A stretch of DNA of 64,000 bases, from positions 133,982,001-134,046,000 of the forward strand of contig OZ296650.1 in assembly GCA_965655095.1 (NCBI GenBank), given 5' to 3'. The notes below the pieces were generated by a model. The model saw nothing but the letters and a program-made list of their open reading frames with translations, was not told the DNA's origin and ran no database searches. The stretch is from Haplodiscus bocki (taxonomy: Eukaryota). How positions within the stretch are numbered: the stretch's first letter is position 1; every line of letters begins with the position of its first letter. Position numbers and translations under genes: made by a program. Of the stretch, positions 14,026-28,045 are shown in pieces.

Positions 14026-14679
14026 CTAACGTTCCGGTTTTCTTTCAAAAATTGTGGCAAAAATATGTTGCTGCTTATCTTCGAAATTGTCAATAAAACA
14101 GAAACCAAAAACTAAAACACTAACTTTGTTTCGGAGATTATTGCGTCTATTGCGGCACCGACGCAAAGTCAAATCCTGCAAACCATTGTTCAACAGTGTT
14201 CTGGATAGCATATGATTCTCTAACAAGCTATTCAGGTGCAGATCGTTACTTTCATCAAGTAAAAGTTTGTACCGTTTTGATAGAATCGATTTCATTTTCA
14301 AAAAAATAATTCCTGTTGGACAATTTTCCAAGAGCTCGTTTAAATTATGCGCTCCTGATCGTGGTAAGTAGGAAAAAGCCACGACATTGAATTTTCTCAA
14401 GTACGCCAGTTTACTGAAAAAAGCCTCAGGACTCATTGCCGGATTCTTCTTGCTTGACAAAGAGTTATTGACAGCATCATGCCAAATGATAACCTTTCTT
14501 CCATTAGTGTTGCAGGAATTCGATTGAAGAAGATAACAAATGTTTTTTTCTGGTTGGTAGTTATTTAGCGAAGCACCAGAAATTGCACAAAATTGTGACT
14601 TGAAAGGATCAAAGAGGTAAGGTTTCTCCTGAGCTGCCCAATAAAGGGAAGAGGCCGCCAAAACAAAATATTCAGACAT
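14026..14679 (-). CDS. 217 aa protein, probable divergent SGNH-hydrolase-like
   Basis: ATG-started ORF in the same position as the SGNH gene of element B. Block-like motifs FVLAASS, ISGASL, IIWHDAVNN and DLHLN are in SGNH order. Confidence 0.5.
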   Translation of the reverse strand: MSEYFVLAASSLYWAAQEKPYLFDPFKSQFCAISGASLNNYQPEKNICYLLQSNSCNTNGRKVIIWHDAVNNSLSSKKNPAMSPEAFFSKLAYLRKFNVVAFSYLPRSGAHNLNELLENCPTGIIFLKMKSILSKRYKLLLDESNDLHLNSLLENHMLSRTLLNNGLQDLTLRRCRNRRNNLRNKVSVLVFGFCFIDNFEDKQQHIFATIFERKPER

Positions 14680-16020
14680 AACAACCGGAAACCGAAAGAC
14701 AATGTATTATGAAAACAAACAAACGAACGAAACATACTTTATATTGTTTACTTTGCAATTAGAAAAACCTACTCAAACTCCAGAATCTCCTTTCATTCAT
14801 GTCATTTGCTTATTAGAACAAAAACGAAGTCAAACAAAAATTCACAACGGCCACACAGCTACAGAGTCGTCAATACGGTCAAAAATCAGAAATGTTCTTT
14901 GAGGAAAGGAAATTTTATAAAAAATACAATAGCCACATACCCGAAGAATGAAAATCTCACTCAAACAACTCGATATGCACGAAATAAGAGCCCCTCTTTA
15001 ATCGCTGCAAAGAAGTACATAGTGGTGAAACACTTCAATTCACAAAAGTAACGATAATAAAAAAGCTTCTCATAAAACAAATGATAGAGCGTTTAATGAC
15101 TTGAAAGAAAAAGTGTTCACAGCTTCCGTAACAAGGAATATGGAATGGATTTGAAAGGTGCCGCGCTACAAATGAACTCCGCTGCTATCTCTTTATGTTT
15201 CCAGGCCAGTTTGTAGAACATGGGTTGCTGGACAACCAACTCATATACGTTCATCTAACAAACAACATTCTAATTGAGAACTTGCGTCGGCGGTTGCTGA
15301 GCAACCAGCAAAACAAAACATGAAAGCTAAATTGCCTCCGTCAGCTATAAAAAAAATAAATCATTATATGAGTCAGAATTAACATCTAAAACAGCTCACA
15401 GTCAGTGATACAATCACAAAACATAAACAGCAATGTCACATTGTAGAAACCCCGTCACATTCTCTTGCAGTTGACAATTTTTTCAATAAATTTCTGCACT
15501 GATTACCGAACAAAAAGTTAAACCCCTATAGCGTCTGAAATATTGGAAACAATCTCCCAAAAACATCAAAACAGCTCCTTCAGTGTAATTACAGACACAT
15601 GTCAAAACAAATTATGGCGGAAAAGGATTGTATGATTCTTTCAATTACCGTGTGATATAATTGTGTACGTTATTCCATAAAGTATCATAGCATAAAAGTT
15701 CGATCACGAATCTAAACAAAGTTACTCAGTGAGTCCAACGAAAAGGTGATAAAAATGAAAACGACATCCCGTTACAAAATTAATCTTCCAACTATTACAA
15801 CACATCCTTTTTTTCAAAGGTTGGCTCAAAACCAACAGCAAACAATGGCAAAGAATCAAATCAATCAACATGATTGGCTACAAAAATTATTTGCTGAAAA
15901 GTTGGTTTCGGACAAACCAATGTTCAGGAATACTTTTGAAATACAATCGGTTTTCTCGATGGCAGTTTTACAAAAGTCTAAATCGTTGTAGACAATTACA
16001 TATGAACAATCAAATAAACA

Positions 16021-19000
16021 CTAAAAATTCTGCATGCAATCACATTCCAGGGCTGTTTCGATACCTGTAACTTTATACAAATCCATAAGAACATGGCATT
16101 CTGACAAGTAATCTGCAAGCGTTAGCATCACATTCGAATATTTGTGATTAACCATTGCTCTTTGCCAATCCTGTTCGAAAGAGTAACGGCTTCGGGAAAC
16201 AGCGTTGGAAAACCCCGTCACGTAAGCAACTAAAGCCCAGGGTCTTCTTTCAACAGGCTTTGTAAATGCGCTCCCATTTCCCGAATTATGCTCCTGCAAT
16301 CGTCGCCGCAACGTCTTACAGCTTCCAATGTAAAAAAGTTCCCTGCGTTTAACGCTCACCAACAAATAACAGTAACCAATTGCCGAAAGGGGTACATCAA
16401 AAACACGTAAGGGAAAGGGATAAAATGTCTGGATCGCTGAAACACCGGAATTACAACTGCCACGAGACGACAAAAAGTTATCTATCAAAGGTACCAAATG
16501 GCTATCTTTGCGGCAAAGAAGATTAATTGCATCAAGTGTACGCTGCTTGTCACCGACAAACGTTATATGGGAAAGATCAGTGACCCGACTAACAACTACA
16601 TAAAGCTGCTCTTTCAGCCAGTAGGAAAATTTTTTACCACCAACAATCTGTGTTGCCAAGCTTGGAACAGTGTCACCCATTATTTTGTGAACCGTTGACG
16701 CCACATACATTTTCAAAGGAAACTGAACACGTCTGCAAACGGTAGAATTGCTATACTTATGGAGAACGCCAATTCTTTTACGAACAACTACAAGTCTCCA
16801 GGAATTAACGTCCGGGTTGTTAGATGACACAGACCTTACTCCGGCTGGTGCAACTCTCACAACAATATGAGGATCATTTTCATCGAACGATTCAACTAAA
16901 CACAATTGTCCCTGGAACAGTTTCAGCGATGGCAAATTGCAAGTTGAGCGCAATACACACCCAACATGTATGAACAAAGACTCTGGCTCAAGGCAACTTC
17001 GGTTGAGGAACTTGCTGACGGGTGCTGTTGCGGTAACCCAATTCTGGGTTCCTGTATTTGACATTTCATCCTTGCAATGGAAAGACACACTCTGTATGTT
17101 TTGATGTGTTGTCACAAACGATATTCTCTCTTCCACGGCCTCTTTTTCCGCAACTCGCGTACTGAACACTCTCAAAATATCCAGAGGGACTTCCGTCCAC
17201 GTGCTTACAAAAATACAGAACTTGTCAATGATCTCACAACACTCCTTAATACATGCTTCTGTCACAGGATATTCAGACAGCAAATCCAGAAGTCTCTTTC
17301 CTTGCTGGTTCTGCATCCTCACATAGTGCTTCAAATACCGAACCTCGAAATTAGCTAACACCGAGTTGCTCAGCAAAAGGAACGTTCCCGTAGGAGGCGG
17401 AAGTTGACGAAAATCACCTGTGCAAATAACAATCTTTCCTCCAAAAGGAAGATTGTTTTCAGACACGGCTTGCAACACATTGTCCATTGCGGACCAAAGT
17501 TCAGCTGAAATCATTGAGACTTCCTCGACAAATAAAACATCCAACCTCTCCAAAAAAGTAAATTTTAGAGGATCTCGGGCAAGAGTGTTCAATGCATGCG
17601 AAACTAGATGAGTCACCGTTCCATTTTGAACGACAGGGAAAGGGATTAAAGCGTTTATGTGTCTTCCGCCGAAAAGTGAAGCTCTCTCCGCAGCGACACT
17701 AGTTATGACGCATCTCAATCCCCTAGCTAGAGCCGCGATCACACAATGGATCAACACATGGCTCTTTCCTGTACCTGGTGGACCAACTATGAACTGATGT
17801 TTAATAAAGGCAGTCGTACAAGAACAATAATTATCGTACAAAGAACAAACGTAATCCAAAATATTCTGTTGATCATGCAATGATTCGTCAGTCTGGTTGC
17901 GCGCTTTATGTATCTTCTGGCTCCAAGTAAAAGGACGTGCTAAGGTGGCGTTCATCAATTCTGCATACGTTGGTAAACCAACATAACCCCCATTGGCAAT
18001 GGCACACAGAAGACTCTCTTTCTGCGCATTTAATTCGTGTGAAATATTGCTGTCACTCTGCTGCACAATACTCTGTTCTAAGACGCGCGGTGTTGAGCAC
18101 GGAAAAACGACCGAATTATTTTGTGCTGCTTGCTGGATGCACAAATAGGCACTCGTAACAAATCGATCTAGTAAAGTAGATGATCCTGGATAATAGCGTA
18201 ATTGTTCAAGCACAAAGCGCCGAACAACATCAATAACTTCGGAATCTTCGCATCCCAAATGAGACCTCGCTAAAGAAGCCTCAAAGAACGCAGATTTCAT
18301 ATTAGATTGAGAAAAAATGTTAAGTTCGGTTACGTATTCTCCAAGAGACAACAGAATGTGGGTCAAAAAATTGGTTGTGTTCCTCGGAACAACGTTCGAT
18401 AAAACTACTTGAGTTTGACAAACCTTTTTGTCATAAATGAACTTGTGACTTGAACTGCTCGTTGTACATGCAATGGCTTCATGACATTGCCTGGAGAAAC
18501 GACGGACCCCACTAGAAAAGTTGCGACAGTAGTTGAAAAAAGCTTCTTTGTACAAAGCATTAAGGTATATGCAATAGCCGAGGCCATCCACCCAATATGA
18601 TTTGGTTACATTTCTCTTTAGTAAACTTTCTGGTGTCAACTTTGAGGGCTTTCGGAAGCGGCAGAACCAAGTAAAATAGTTTTCCACTTTGAGCACAAAA
18701 GTTAGTTCAGGGGGTCGTACACCAAAAACTGTTATCTTGTCTGGAGAAAGAGAACTTTTTTCTGCATCAATTATCAGCAGCTTCTGATTAACCGTGAAGC
18801 AACGGTGAGGAGGAAAGTCCTTGCTGTGTCTAATGGAACTCTGGCGCCCAAAAAGAGGACCCTGATTGCTACTAGAAAGCCTGCATTTCGGTTCAATGAC
18901 TATTCCAGCCCGTTTCTCTCGCGGGGCAGTGACAACATGAATGAATTGTATATTGGTCACCACGTAAGGAAATCGCAATGACCACCACACGGATTCCGTT

Positions 19001-22000
19001 AAACTCAAAATGCGAGAGTTCAAACACTTTTTCTTTGGCTTTTCCTCCTTGCTCATATTGGTCAAGTATACCCCAGCGATTTTGTTGTTCACTTGTTGAT
19101 CAACATGGAAGTCATACAAATCTGTTGCACTTGACGTAGAAATAGAAACTTCGGCGCGTTCCTCCACGCCTGCAACATATTTTGACAGATAACGGCTACT
19201 CATGTAAATGTCGCAAATTTGTAGATTGGTGCTAGATCGGACGAGGGCAAAAATTTTGGCGTTTGTTGGAGAAGTGTGCGTGTTACTTTCTGTTGGATAA
19301 TGATGCTTGCCACCACAAAGGCGCTGATCAATGGTGACAGAACAATCAAAGTCACTCGACTCAGCTAATCCGATGTTCTTCAAAACTGCTATCGTTTCCT
19401 CAGACAGTTCTTTGTGAATACATTTGTAGGTAAAATTAGCAGAAGGAGGGTATTTGGGCACGCGGCACGTTTTTCTTTTCAATTTGTCAGTTTTTTTCTG
19501 ACAACGAAATTTAGCTTTAAAACAGCTGTGTGATTGGTAACGGTTGAACAGATCTCGTAACTCGTTCAACTCATCCAAACTATAATTGTGCGAACCAACT
19601 TCAGTCAATAAATTCCCCAGAAACGTTGTTGCCGAGCAACAAATTCTAGACCTTACTGCTTCACTAAAGCAATCTTCTGCCGTCCAAATCAAAGCATGTA
19701 CATGAGGGAACCCACAAGCTTCATCTTGAAACTCATACCGATACCAAATCTTATTAACCTTTCCCAATGGCTGCTCGGGTGACGTTTCAATGTACTTCAT
19801 GACAAGACGAGAAGCTCGTTCCCACGCTCTCAACATGGTGACCATTTCAGATTGAATCGCTGATTTTCGGACCTCCTCTTTACAGACGTCTTTCGGAAAC
19901 TTTGCGTCCAACGCACTAAAAATCTTCCTCAAGCCAGGATGCGTTGACTGCCCACAAGTGTAAGTGAAAAAATATGTAGCTGGTCGTTCTTTCAAAGCTG
20001 CTCCCAATTCATTGACATTCTTCCGAGAATCGCATTGATCAAAAAAAATTGCCCCTTCTCGCATGGCATGTACATTTTTTCGTTGCCGAGCGGCTTCACT
20101 CCAACCTCTGTTCAATACTATTCTGGTGTCATTGACACGCAGCTGTAGGTTAAATATTGTGTCAAATACGTATTGGACGTAACGAGGATCCGTTGACGTC
20201 AACAGAGACGAATCTTTCAAGCGCGTTTGTAAATGTTGTTCTAAGCTAGCGAAGCCGAGCAATTCGTTTTGTTTGTGATCATTATACAAAGGAGACGGTA
20301 TTGCACCCGAATAACTGCCGTCTGTATTTTGGTGCCAAAAGATGGACGGAAACAACATGGCTTCCGGCTGAAGCAAAGGGACAGAATTAGGGGGCGACGT
20401 TGCAGTGATATTCTCCAGAAATCTCTTATGTCTAGCTGCAACATACAACGGAGACCCTTTACTCCTTTTCAGTAAACCGCATTGACCATTCAATAAAACA
20501 TGTAGTGGGAGCTGAAAATCAGTGCTGTCTATTCGGAAATCACGTTCCAAAACAACAGTTGAATCTCCAGCAGCAGTTGTAACAGGCAGCGAAACATGCG
20601 ATCCCTCAGAATCTTCCTCTAAAAGGCCAGGGTTGGTAACAAATTCCGAGGACGCGACAGTGTTGGTAGGCGATGTGGACCGATTCTCTGAATCGACAGA
20701 AACACGGCTATAGCTACAATCATCTAACTGACTTGAGCCGCACGCTGAGTTTTTTGTGGACTCACCAAAGATCCTTTTTTTACCATCAAAAACAAAGTGC
20801 TTTTCCTGACTTTCATCTTCAGAATGCATCCTGCAAACACTTGCCAAACAACCAGACACTGGACAACGTAAAAAAGAACTTCTACCACATGAGCATTTGA
20901 AACCACTTGAAGGAAAATCACGGGTGAGTAACAGAGAATGCTTTTTACAAAAGAATTTTCCTTGACCTGCCAGTGTTTCAAAATATTTCGACCGCAACTC
21001 ACTAATATCGGCAAAGGTCTGTCGATAGTAAACACAGATATTCCAATAGTCATTAATAAAATGATCAACCGCTCTATCACAAGGCAGCCTCACCTGTTCA
21101 GGAAAAATACTTTTGCTTTTATACACCCAAAAACTTTGAAAGACACCACCATGCCTCAAAAGAATGTTATTACGAGTCGCTAAACCTTCAGTAGCAATAA
21201 ATTTCAACTCGAAAACGGACTGAGCAGTTTGGAAGTTCAGAGGAGCTTTGAATTTAGAACGCAAAGTATTTACTCCCGCGTATGAAAAAAGTATGACATT
21301 TACACCTTCAAATTCTTGAGCTTCCAAAAAATGCCAAATATCTTGACGGCTTGCCACGTTTTCATGGATGACATCATCACAAAATTGTGACACACCGAAA
21401 CTGAGACAACGAGATGGACTTTCCGGAAATCTTGTAAACAACTTCGACAATCCATCACTCATAGACGCATCCACAGTTTTTCTTGTGCAGCGACGGAACC
21501 TTGGAAAAATTACAGGGTCCAAAAATTGCAGCAAAGGAAAAATCGCATTATCAACACCAGCTGAATCAGATATGGATCGACACAGTTGAGGAGAGATGCA
21601 AAATAAAGTTTGCAACAACGACAAAAAGTGAGTCTTGCAGCTCAAAATTTTTGGAGGAGAGGAACCAAACGAATTCGGAGGCTGAGCGAACGTCACAGAC
21701 TTGAATTTTGCGCATAAGCGTTGTCCATCAGTCAATCCAGGAGAACTGAATAAACGATACGTATCCGTTATAGACACACTTGTTGATGCGGAAAGAGAAG
21801 CAGCCGACTGTTCAATGTTCGGTTTACTTTGAATGCCTTGTCGGATTTCATCAGTTGTTTCGCCAGAAGACACTAAGCTATTCAAAAAATATTGAATATC
21901 GCTTCGGTAAAAACTACATTGAGATTCCGCCTTCACTAACAGATCCGAAGTAATATCCCAACGGCGTTGAGAGCTCAAGCGAATGCTACTAATGCCTGAA

Positions 22001-24358
22001 TAATTACCGACAGCTTTCAGCAACTGGAAAGTGTGACTAGCGTAATTCGCTTTGGCATTCTTCAAAATACGCAAATTTGGAGCAACAAATGCTAATCTGT
22101 CGTTGGTAGGAACACTGAGACGTCCCAGAGACGGGTGTGCAGGCGGGTGAAGATACTGCAGGTGAGACCCATTGTTATGCTGCACACAAGTTCCGATAAC
22201 AAGGCCATATGCCCCATTAACACTGACAAAGCCGGAAACATCAAACGCATCCAAAACTTTCATTGGTTTCAACCAATCGTCTCTTGCACCTCGCAAATGG
22301 TACAAGTAATCAGAGCTGAACGATGTGAATGAAGGCAAAATCCCATTTACAAGGTGGTTGAAACTGATTCGACCTGTTTCTTCAACAAATGTGAAACAAC
22401 CGAAGGGACATCTACAATTTGGATAACATTCATTATCTAAGGCTTCCTCCAAATCAGTGAAATTACCCGAATTTATTTTGTCCAGAAAAACTTCCTTCCG
22501 TTTTGTTATATCAACTAGAACAGATGGATCACCCATAGAAACAGCAGGATGCAGATGTTGACACATAGCCCAACTGTCGCGTATTTCGGGAGGTAAAAAA
22601 GAAACAAATTTTTTCATAGTACAATCTCGAATGCTGAGATCCTTCAGTAACGAATGAATCACGGAAGGCCAAGCGTACCGCCAACAATTTCCGCCATTAT
22701 TGTAATTGAAACAACTTTGGCAGACCAGACAGGTAGCAGTAGGTCGCAAACCAAATCTCCTTCGTTTGATTGCTGTTTTTTCAAGAGTTTGCCATTGCAA
22801 AGGATAAGCAGGAGTTGAAATTCGACAACATTTACCGCACATTTCTCTGTTTTGTGCTTTGTCGGCTGAAAAAAGTGGACGTCAAAACACAATTGTCACT
22901 CGAGGCATCCTCATTACGACAGGCGTTATCTTTCTTCATAATCATTGTGGCTGTGCCATTGTGTGCGGATTGCGTGGATTGAATCTCCTGAGGCAGGGCA
23001 TTGAAGCAAACACCTGGGCTCAACGGGTCACACTTAGAACCATTTTCTTCACATTCAATTGTCGCTAGGCTTAAACAACTGTTGCTGGGCAACAAAAGGT
23101 CGTTGTGCATACCGCCCAATCCAACAGAGGGTGATGTGAGGCCTTCATCGCACAAATGAGGCAAAACTTTAAATTCAGAACACGCACTACCTTTTGGATC
23201 AGAAGTGTTCGCATGAAATGACGCGGAAATCACATTGCATTGTGATGCCGTATCTGGGAATGAACTCTGGACGCAACCATGAGGCAAACTTTGCTGTGAA
23301 TTTGGATTTTCTGCCGACAACACTGCTACCGTTTCAAAATGGTTACCTGTATGAGTATGTACCAGGAAGACAGATGGAACGTCCATTGAAGCACGATCTC
23401 CGGCATAGCTATAAACTATCCACAATTTTGTCATGCAATGGTAAACGTAAACATCAGCCACCGCAATTTGGGCGAAAGCATAGATCTCTACACAAGTGCC
23501 ATACACACCATTCGATCTCATTCCGGAACGATTCAAATATTCGTTCACGTTTGAAGCTGTCTCTACCACAACATTTCCATCAATGGTTGTGTAAATTTCC
23601 AGAAAATGCGGAGCAATATCTACGGAGGGTAAAGCCAAACAAATACGCTGGCGTAGTTGTGAATGATACCAATATTGTGACCCAATTGACACCGCTAAAG
23701 CAGAGAACAAACAATTACCGTCACCTGGAACAGGATGAGTTTGTGATGGATGCAAACTGTTCAAAGATTTGGCACCCAACAAGTGTGTATTCAATGGTTT
23801 TGCCACAAACGGTATTCCAAACACAATGCAAATTCTCGTCAAATTAGCGATTGTGCATGAAAAAGCTGTTGAATTCGGCACGTTCGAGAAAAGACTCATG
23901 GTATTGAATGGCGCAGAAAACAGCGACCGATCAAAATAGTCTTCACCAACTGAGGCTTTTACCATGGATGATTGGAAACAGGAGCAGTCTTTGCTGCCAT
24001 AAAAACGCCCACATGTTACGCATTTCCTGGGCTCTCTGCACAATTTCTTTTTTTTTGGCGGGCCAGGGTTGGTTTCTATACCACTTCTCAACAGAAACAA
24101 AAGTAACATTCTGCGAGTCATCGAAACCTCATCAGAATTGCCGATCCTCATAAACTGCAAGTGATCCTGAAGACACAAAGAGACACAAAATTCCCCAACG
24201 GTGACGTCTGAGCTGAAGACTTCTCCGACATTGTTCACATAAACAATTCCATCTTTTTCCAAAACTGTCCATAAAGAAGACCAAATCATCAACAAAGTTA
24301 AACAAAGTGAGTAAACCATTTTCTGAAAATGAGATTCGTCAAAACTCTGTACACCCAT
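16021..24358 (-). CDS. 2A-like leader/OTU/HUH-Rep/PIF1/GIY-YIG protein, copy A2, split by one +1 frameshift (ORFs 22832-24364 and 16021-22842)
   Basis: Same motifs as A1. A6 at 22869-22874 versus A5 at 7875-7879 in A1; removing one base gives a continuous ~2778 aa ORF from the ATG at 24358. Confidence 0.85.
24059..24121 (-). other. 2A-like StopGo peptide motif, copy A2
   Basis: Identical to 9053-9115. Confidence 0.65.
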
Positions 24359-25931
24359 CAACACTCAGTGGCGGCGCCTACATCTATAAAACTCAGTCAA
24401 TGAAGGCTTTGAAACAGCCACATGCGTTACAGAAAAATCTTCTATCGAAAGGAACTTCAAAAACAGTTGGATCATTTGAATTCAAAAGATTCACTGCATT
24501 GAATATTTGAAGTTCACCAGTTGAATTTTTAACTGTCTCTTCAGTGACTTTTCGTTTTTAATGCCGAAAATACCATGCTTGTGTGATTTCAGCAAGACTT
24601 GCAGTACTTGAAAAAATGATTAGTTAAATACGATTCAAATTCAAAACAATGAGGACTGTTAGCGTTGTACACCAAACAAAACAAACTGCTGAGTAAGTAT
24701 ACTCTCAAAATATTCCTTGTCGAATGCCAAAGTGGTGCTTGTTGAACGCCAACCATAAACTGACCAAAAAAATTAACAATTACATAACACACTCCAACTT
24801 ACAAGGCATGAAAGAGGTTCAACTCTCGTAATGCAAACGTGGAAAGTTCCAACACTGCTGATTTCTACAAAAAAACATAACAAGGAAAACGAAAGAACCT
24901 CATAGATGCTCAGAACAATAATATAACAAACTTAAAATTTCTGGCAAACAATTGAAATGGAATGCAAAACTTATTGCCAAAACTTTTATTTTTATTTTTC
25001 AAAATGAATGACACGTAATGGAAGCATCTATTGCATTCTACAACCAACAAAGAGCCCTGATCCAAGATATAATTCATGTATGCCATTATACTTGATGAGA
25101 AAAAATGTAGGATTATAAAATATAACTTACATAAGTAACGCCTAACTAGATTAAATTTGAGTTTAGCTGAAAAAACTGTGTCATATGAGACAAAATACTG
25201 TCAAAGTGTCAACGACCACTTGTGTAGAAGCTGCGAAACATTGTTAGCCGCATTTTACGCGCAAGACGATCAATTCCAGCGTTTTTAGGCGCTTTTTACG
25301 AGCAAAGCGATCCTTTCCCGGGAAAAATTTTTTTTCTCACAAAAATATCCGTCATTTCCGTCATTTTTTTCCCGTCATATCCGTCATTTTTTTTCGGCAT
25401 TTCGACCGAAAATTTCTGGTTAACCGAAATCAATTGCCGCTTCAGTTTTGGCATCCTTAGCGAAGGCTAGCTTACGGGAAAAAGTTGGTTTTGGCGATCA
25501 AAAATGACGGAATGACGCATTTTTTGCAAAAATTTACAAATTCATCAGCGCCTATCTCCCGAACAAAAAAAGCTGGGCCAAAAATTTTTGGCATGCAAAT
25601 TGTTCAAATCATTTGTGCCTCACACACAAAATTTGGGCCAATTGTATCGGGTAGATGTGGAACTAAAGCGATGAGAAGTCAAAATCGGGACAAAAAACAC
25701 GATCATTCCGTCATAACTCATCACGTTGTGAATGGAAAAAGTTTTTTCCCTCCTCCCCTTTCTCACTTCGCCATTTGAGGACCGCATGCAAATTATGAAT
25801 AAATTCTATCGGGTAGGACCCGAGATCGGCTTCCCAGACCCCTAGTGCACCTAGATGAAAATTTATCGACTAATATTTAACCTCGGCAACGGGACCCTAC
25901 CCGGCCTCGGATTCTAAAAAGGTTACATCCC

Positions 25932-25949
25932 TGACCACCCAGTGGAGGC
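25932..25949 (+). repeat. Invariant junction 18-mer (A2/N1)
   Basis: Exact match; A1/A2 identity ends 2 nt after it. Confidence 0.97.
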
Positions 25950-26988
25950 AACGGTGAAATTCACCAGTTGGCGGCCACTGGTTCTTTTTTTGTGCCAGTA
26001 CATGTATTTTCTCTGTTCCTATGAAACGTTCCATGTTAGGTACTTTCCCCAGTTTGATTCAAAAACTACATTTTTAGAGACTTCTGTCATAAAACTTACA
26101 AAAGTGGATAAAAAAACTTATGTCGAAATGTTTTATGCCCCGATTTTCCTCCGAAACGCTGCGCTAATCTACGGAAAAACGGGGCGAAGGTAATGCTATT
26201 TTTGGTTCTCAATTTTTGTCCTTTATTAATAGGTATTTCAACCGTTTATTTGTTTTTTGAAAGAATTTCAGGAAATTTCTTCTACGTGAACCTTCTACTT
26301 GATCTTCACCTCTTTCAAAGGGAGGAAGATATTGGGCGAAGAAATCGCGCAACTTAACATCGGAAAATATTCTACTGTCAAAAATAAATTTTTCTGAGTT
26401 TTTTGTTTTTTTTTCCGGGAATTTCGTCATAACCGTCATTATTTTTGGCAATTTGACCAAAACTGTTTTTTTGTCGGAAAATTATCTTTCATTTGACACA
26501 GGTCCCGTCACGTTGTGACGAAAGCTCACATCACCTTTTTTAACATCAACGTGGGAGAAATGACAAATTGGTCGATTTTGGCCTATTTTTGACAATTTTG
26601 AAAGGTCATATCTCCTAGGGCAAAAGGCCCTGGCCGAAAATTTTTGGCATGTAAGTAATCCACAACAATTGTGCTTCACACAAAAAATTTGGGTCCAATG
26701 CTATGGTTAAAGTGTGGAGATATTGCGATAAAAAACATCGGAACCTGCCAAAAAACAGGATCATTGCGTCATATCTCCCCAACGAAAAGAAACAAAATGA
26801 TGTAAGTCCCAAAAATGTTCATACATCGGCAGACTCTATCCACATGCAAAGTTTCAACAAAATCGTATGGTTAGGTTTCGAGATCGTCTCCTTTTCGGGG
26901 GGGTCCGGTTAGGTGTAAACTTGATTTATGAAACTCGGCATAGGGGCCCCTACCCCGCCTCGTAACAGTTTTCTGTCGCTAAAAAGCT

Positions 26989-27006
26989 TGACCACCCAGT
27001 GGAGGC
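26989..27006 (+). repeat. Invariant junction 18-mer (N1/N2)
   Basis: Exact match. Confidence 0.97.
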
Positions 27007-28045
27007 AACGGTGAAATTCACCAGCTGGCGGCCACTGGTTATTTTTTTGTGCCAATGTATGCACTTTCACTGTTCCTATGAGACGTTCCATGTTGCGTAC
27101 TCTACCCAGTTTGAGTCAAAAACTAGAGTTTTAGAAACTTCTGTCATAAAAAATTAAAAAAGTAGATAAAGTAAAGAAAAGTGGAATTCTTTTTTGCCCC
27201 GTTATTCCTCCGAAACGCTGCGCTAATCTACGGAAAACGGGGCGAAGGTGATGTGAATTTTGATTCTCGGTTTTTGTCCTTTCTTTGTAGGTTTTTCAAC
27301 CGTTTGTGTGATGTTCGAGAAAACTTTCGGAAAACTGTTCTACGTAAACTTTCTAGTTGATCTTAACCCCTTTCGGATGGGAGGAGGATTTTGGGCGGGG
27401 AAATCGCGCAAATGATCATCGGGATTAATTCTGCAGTCAAAAATTAATTTTTTGGAATTTTTTTATTTTTTTTTCGGAAATTTCGTCATAACCGTCATTA
27501 TTTTCGGCAATTTGACCAAAACTGTTTTTTCGTCGGAAAATTATCTTTCATTTGACACAAGTCCCGTCACGTTGTGACGAAAGCTTACATCACTTTTTTT
27601 ACATCATCGTGGGAGAAATGACAAATTGGTCAATTTTGGCCTATTTTTGACGACTTTGAAAGGTCATATCTCCTAGGGCAAAAGGCCCTGGCCCAAATAT
27701 TTTGGCATGTAGGTAGTCCACAACAATTGTGCTTCACACAAAAAAATTGGGTCCAATGCTACGGTTAAAGTGTGGAGATATTGCGAAAAAAACATCGAAA
27801 CCTGCCAAAAAACAGGATCATTGCGTCATATCTCCCCAACGAAAAGAAAAAAAATGATGTAAGTGCCAAAAATGTTCATACATCGGCAGATTCTATCCAC
27901 ATGCAATGTTTGATCAAAATCGTATGGTTAGGTTTCGAGATCGTCTCCTTTTCGGGGGGGTCCGGTTAGGTGTAAACTTGATTTATGAAACTCGGCATAG
28001 GGGCCCCTACCCCGCCTCGTAACAGTTTTCTGTCGCTAAAAAGCT

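Larger units (their letters stand above)
10926..25949. mobile_element. Unit A2: full-length family A element (period 15006 bp)
   Basis: Bounded by the 18-mer on both sides. Carries ORF2, the SGNH-like gene and the Rep-helicase gene, all on the minus strand. Confidence 0.9.
25932..27006 (+). mobile_element. Unit N1: non-autonomous mini-element (1057 bp period)
   Basis: 18-mer at both ends, left hairpin GGTGAA-A-TTCACC, internal hairpin 26137-26185, terminal module; no credible ORF. Confidence 0.85.

Noticed and set aside
22832-22880. Programmed ribosomal frameshift between the OTU and Rep ORFs
   Set aside because: A1 is in frame at this point, A2 is in frame where A1 breaks, and B is a single ORF.
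1-25949. A1/A2 as a pure assembly duplication
   Set aside because: The copies differ by two indels and over 20 substitutions, and they join exactly at the same 18-mer as all other units. Read-level confirmation is still needed.
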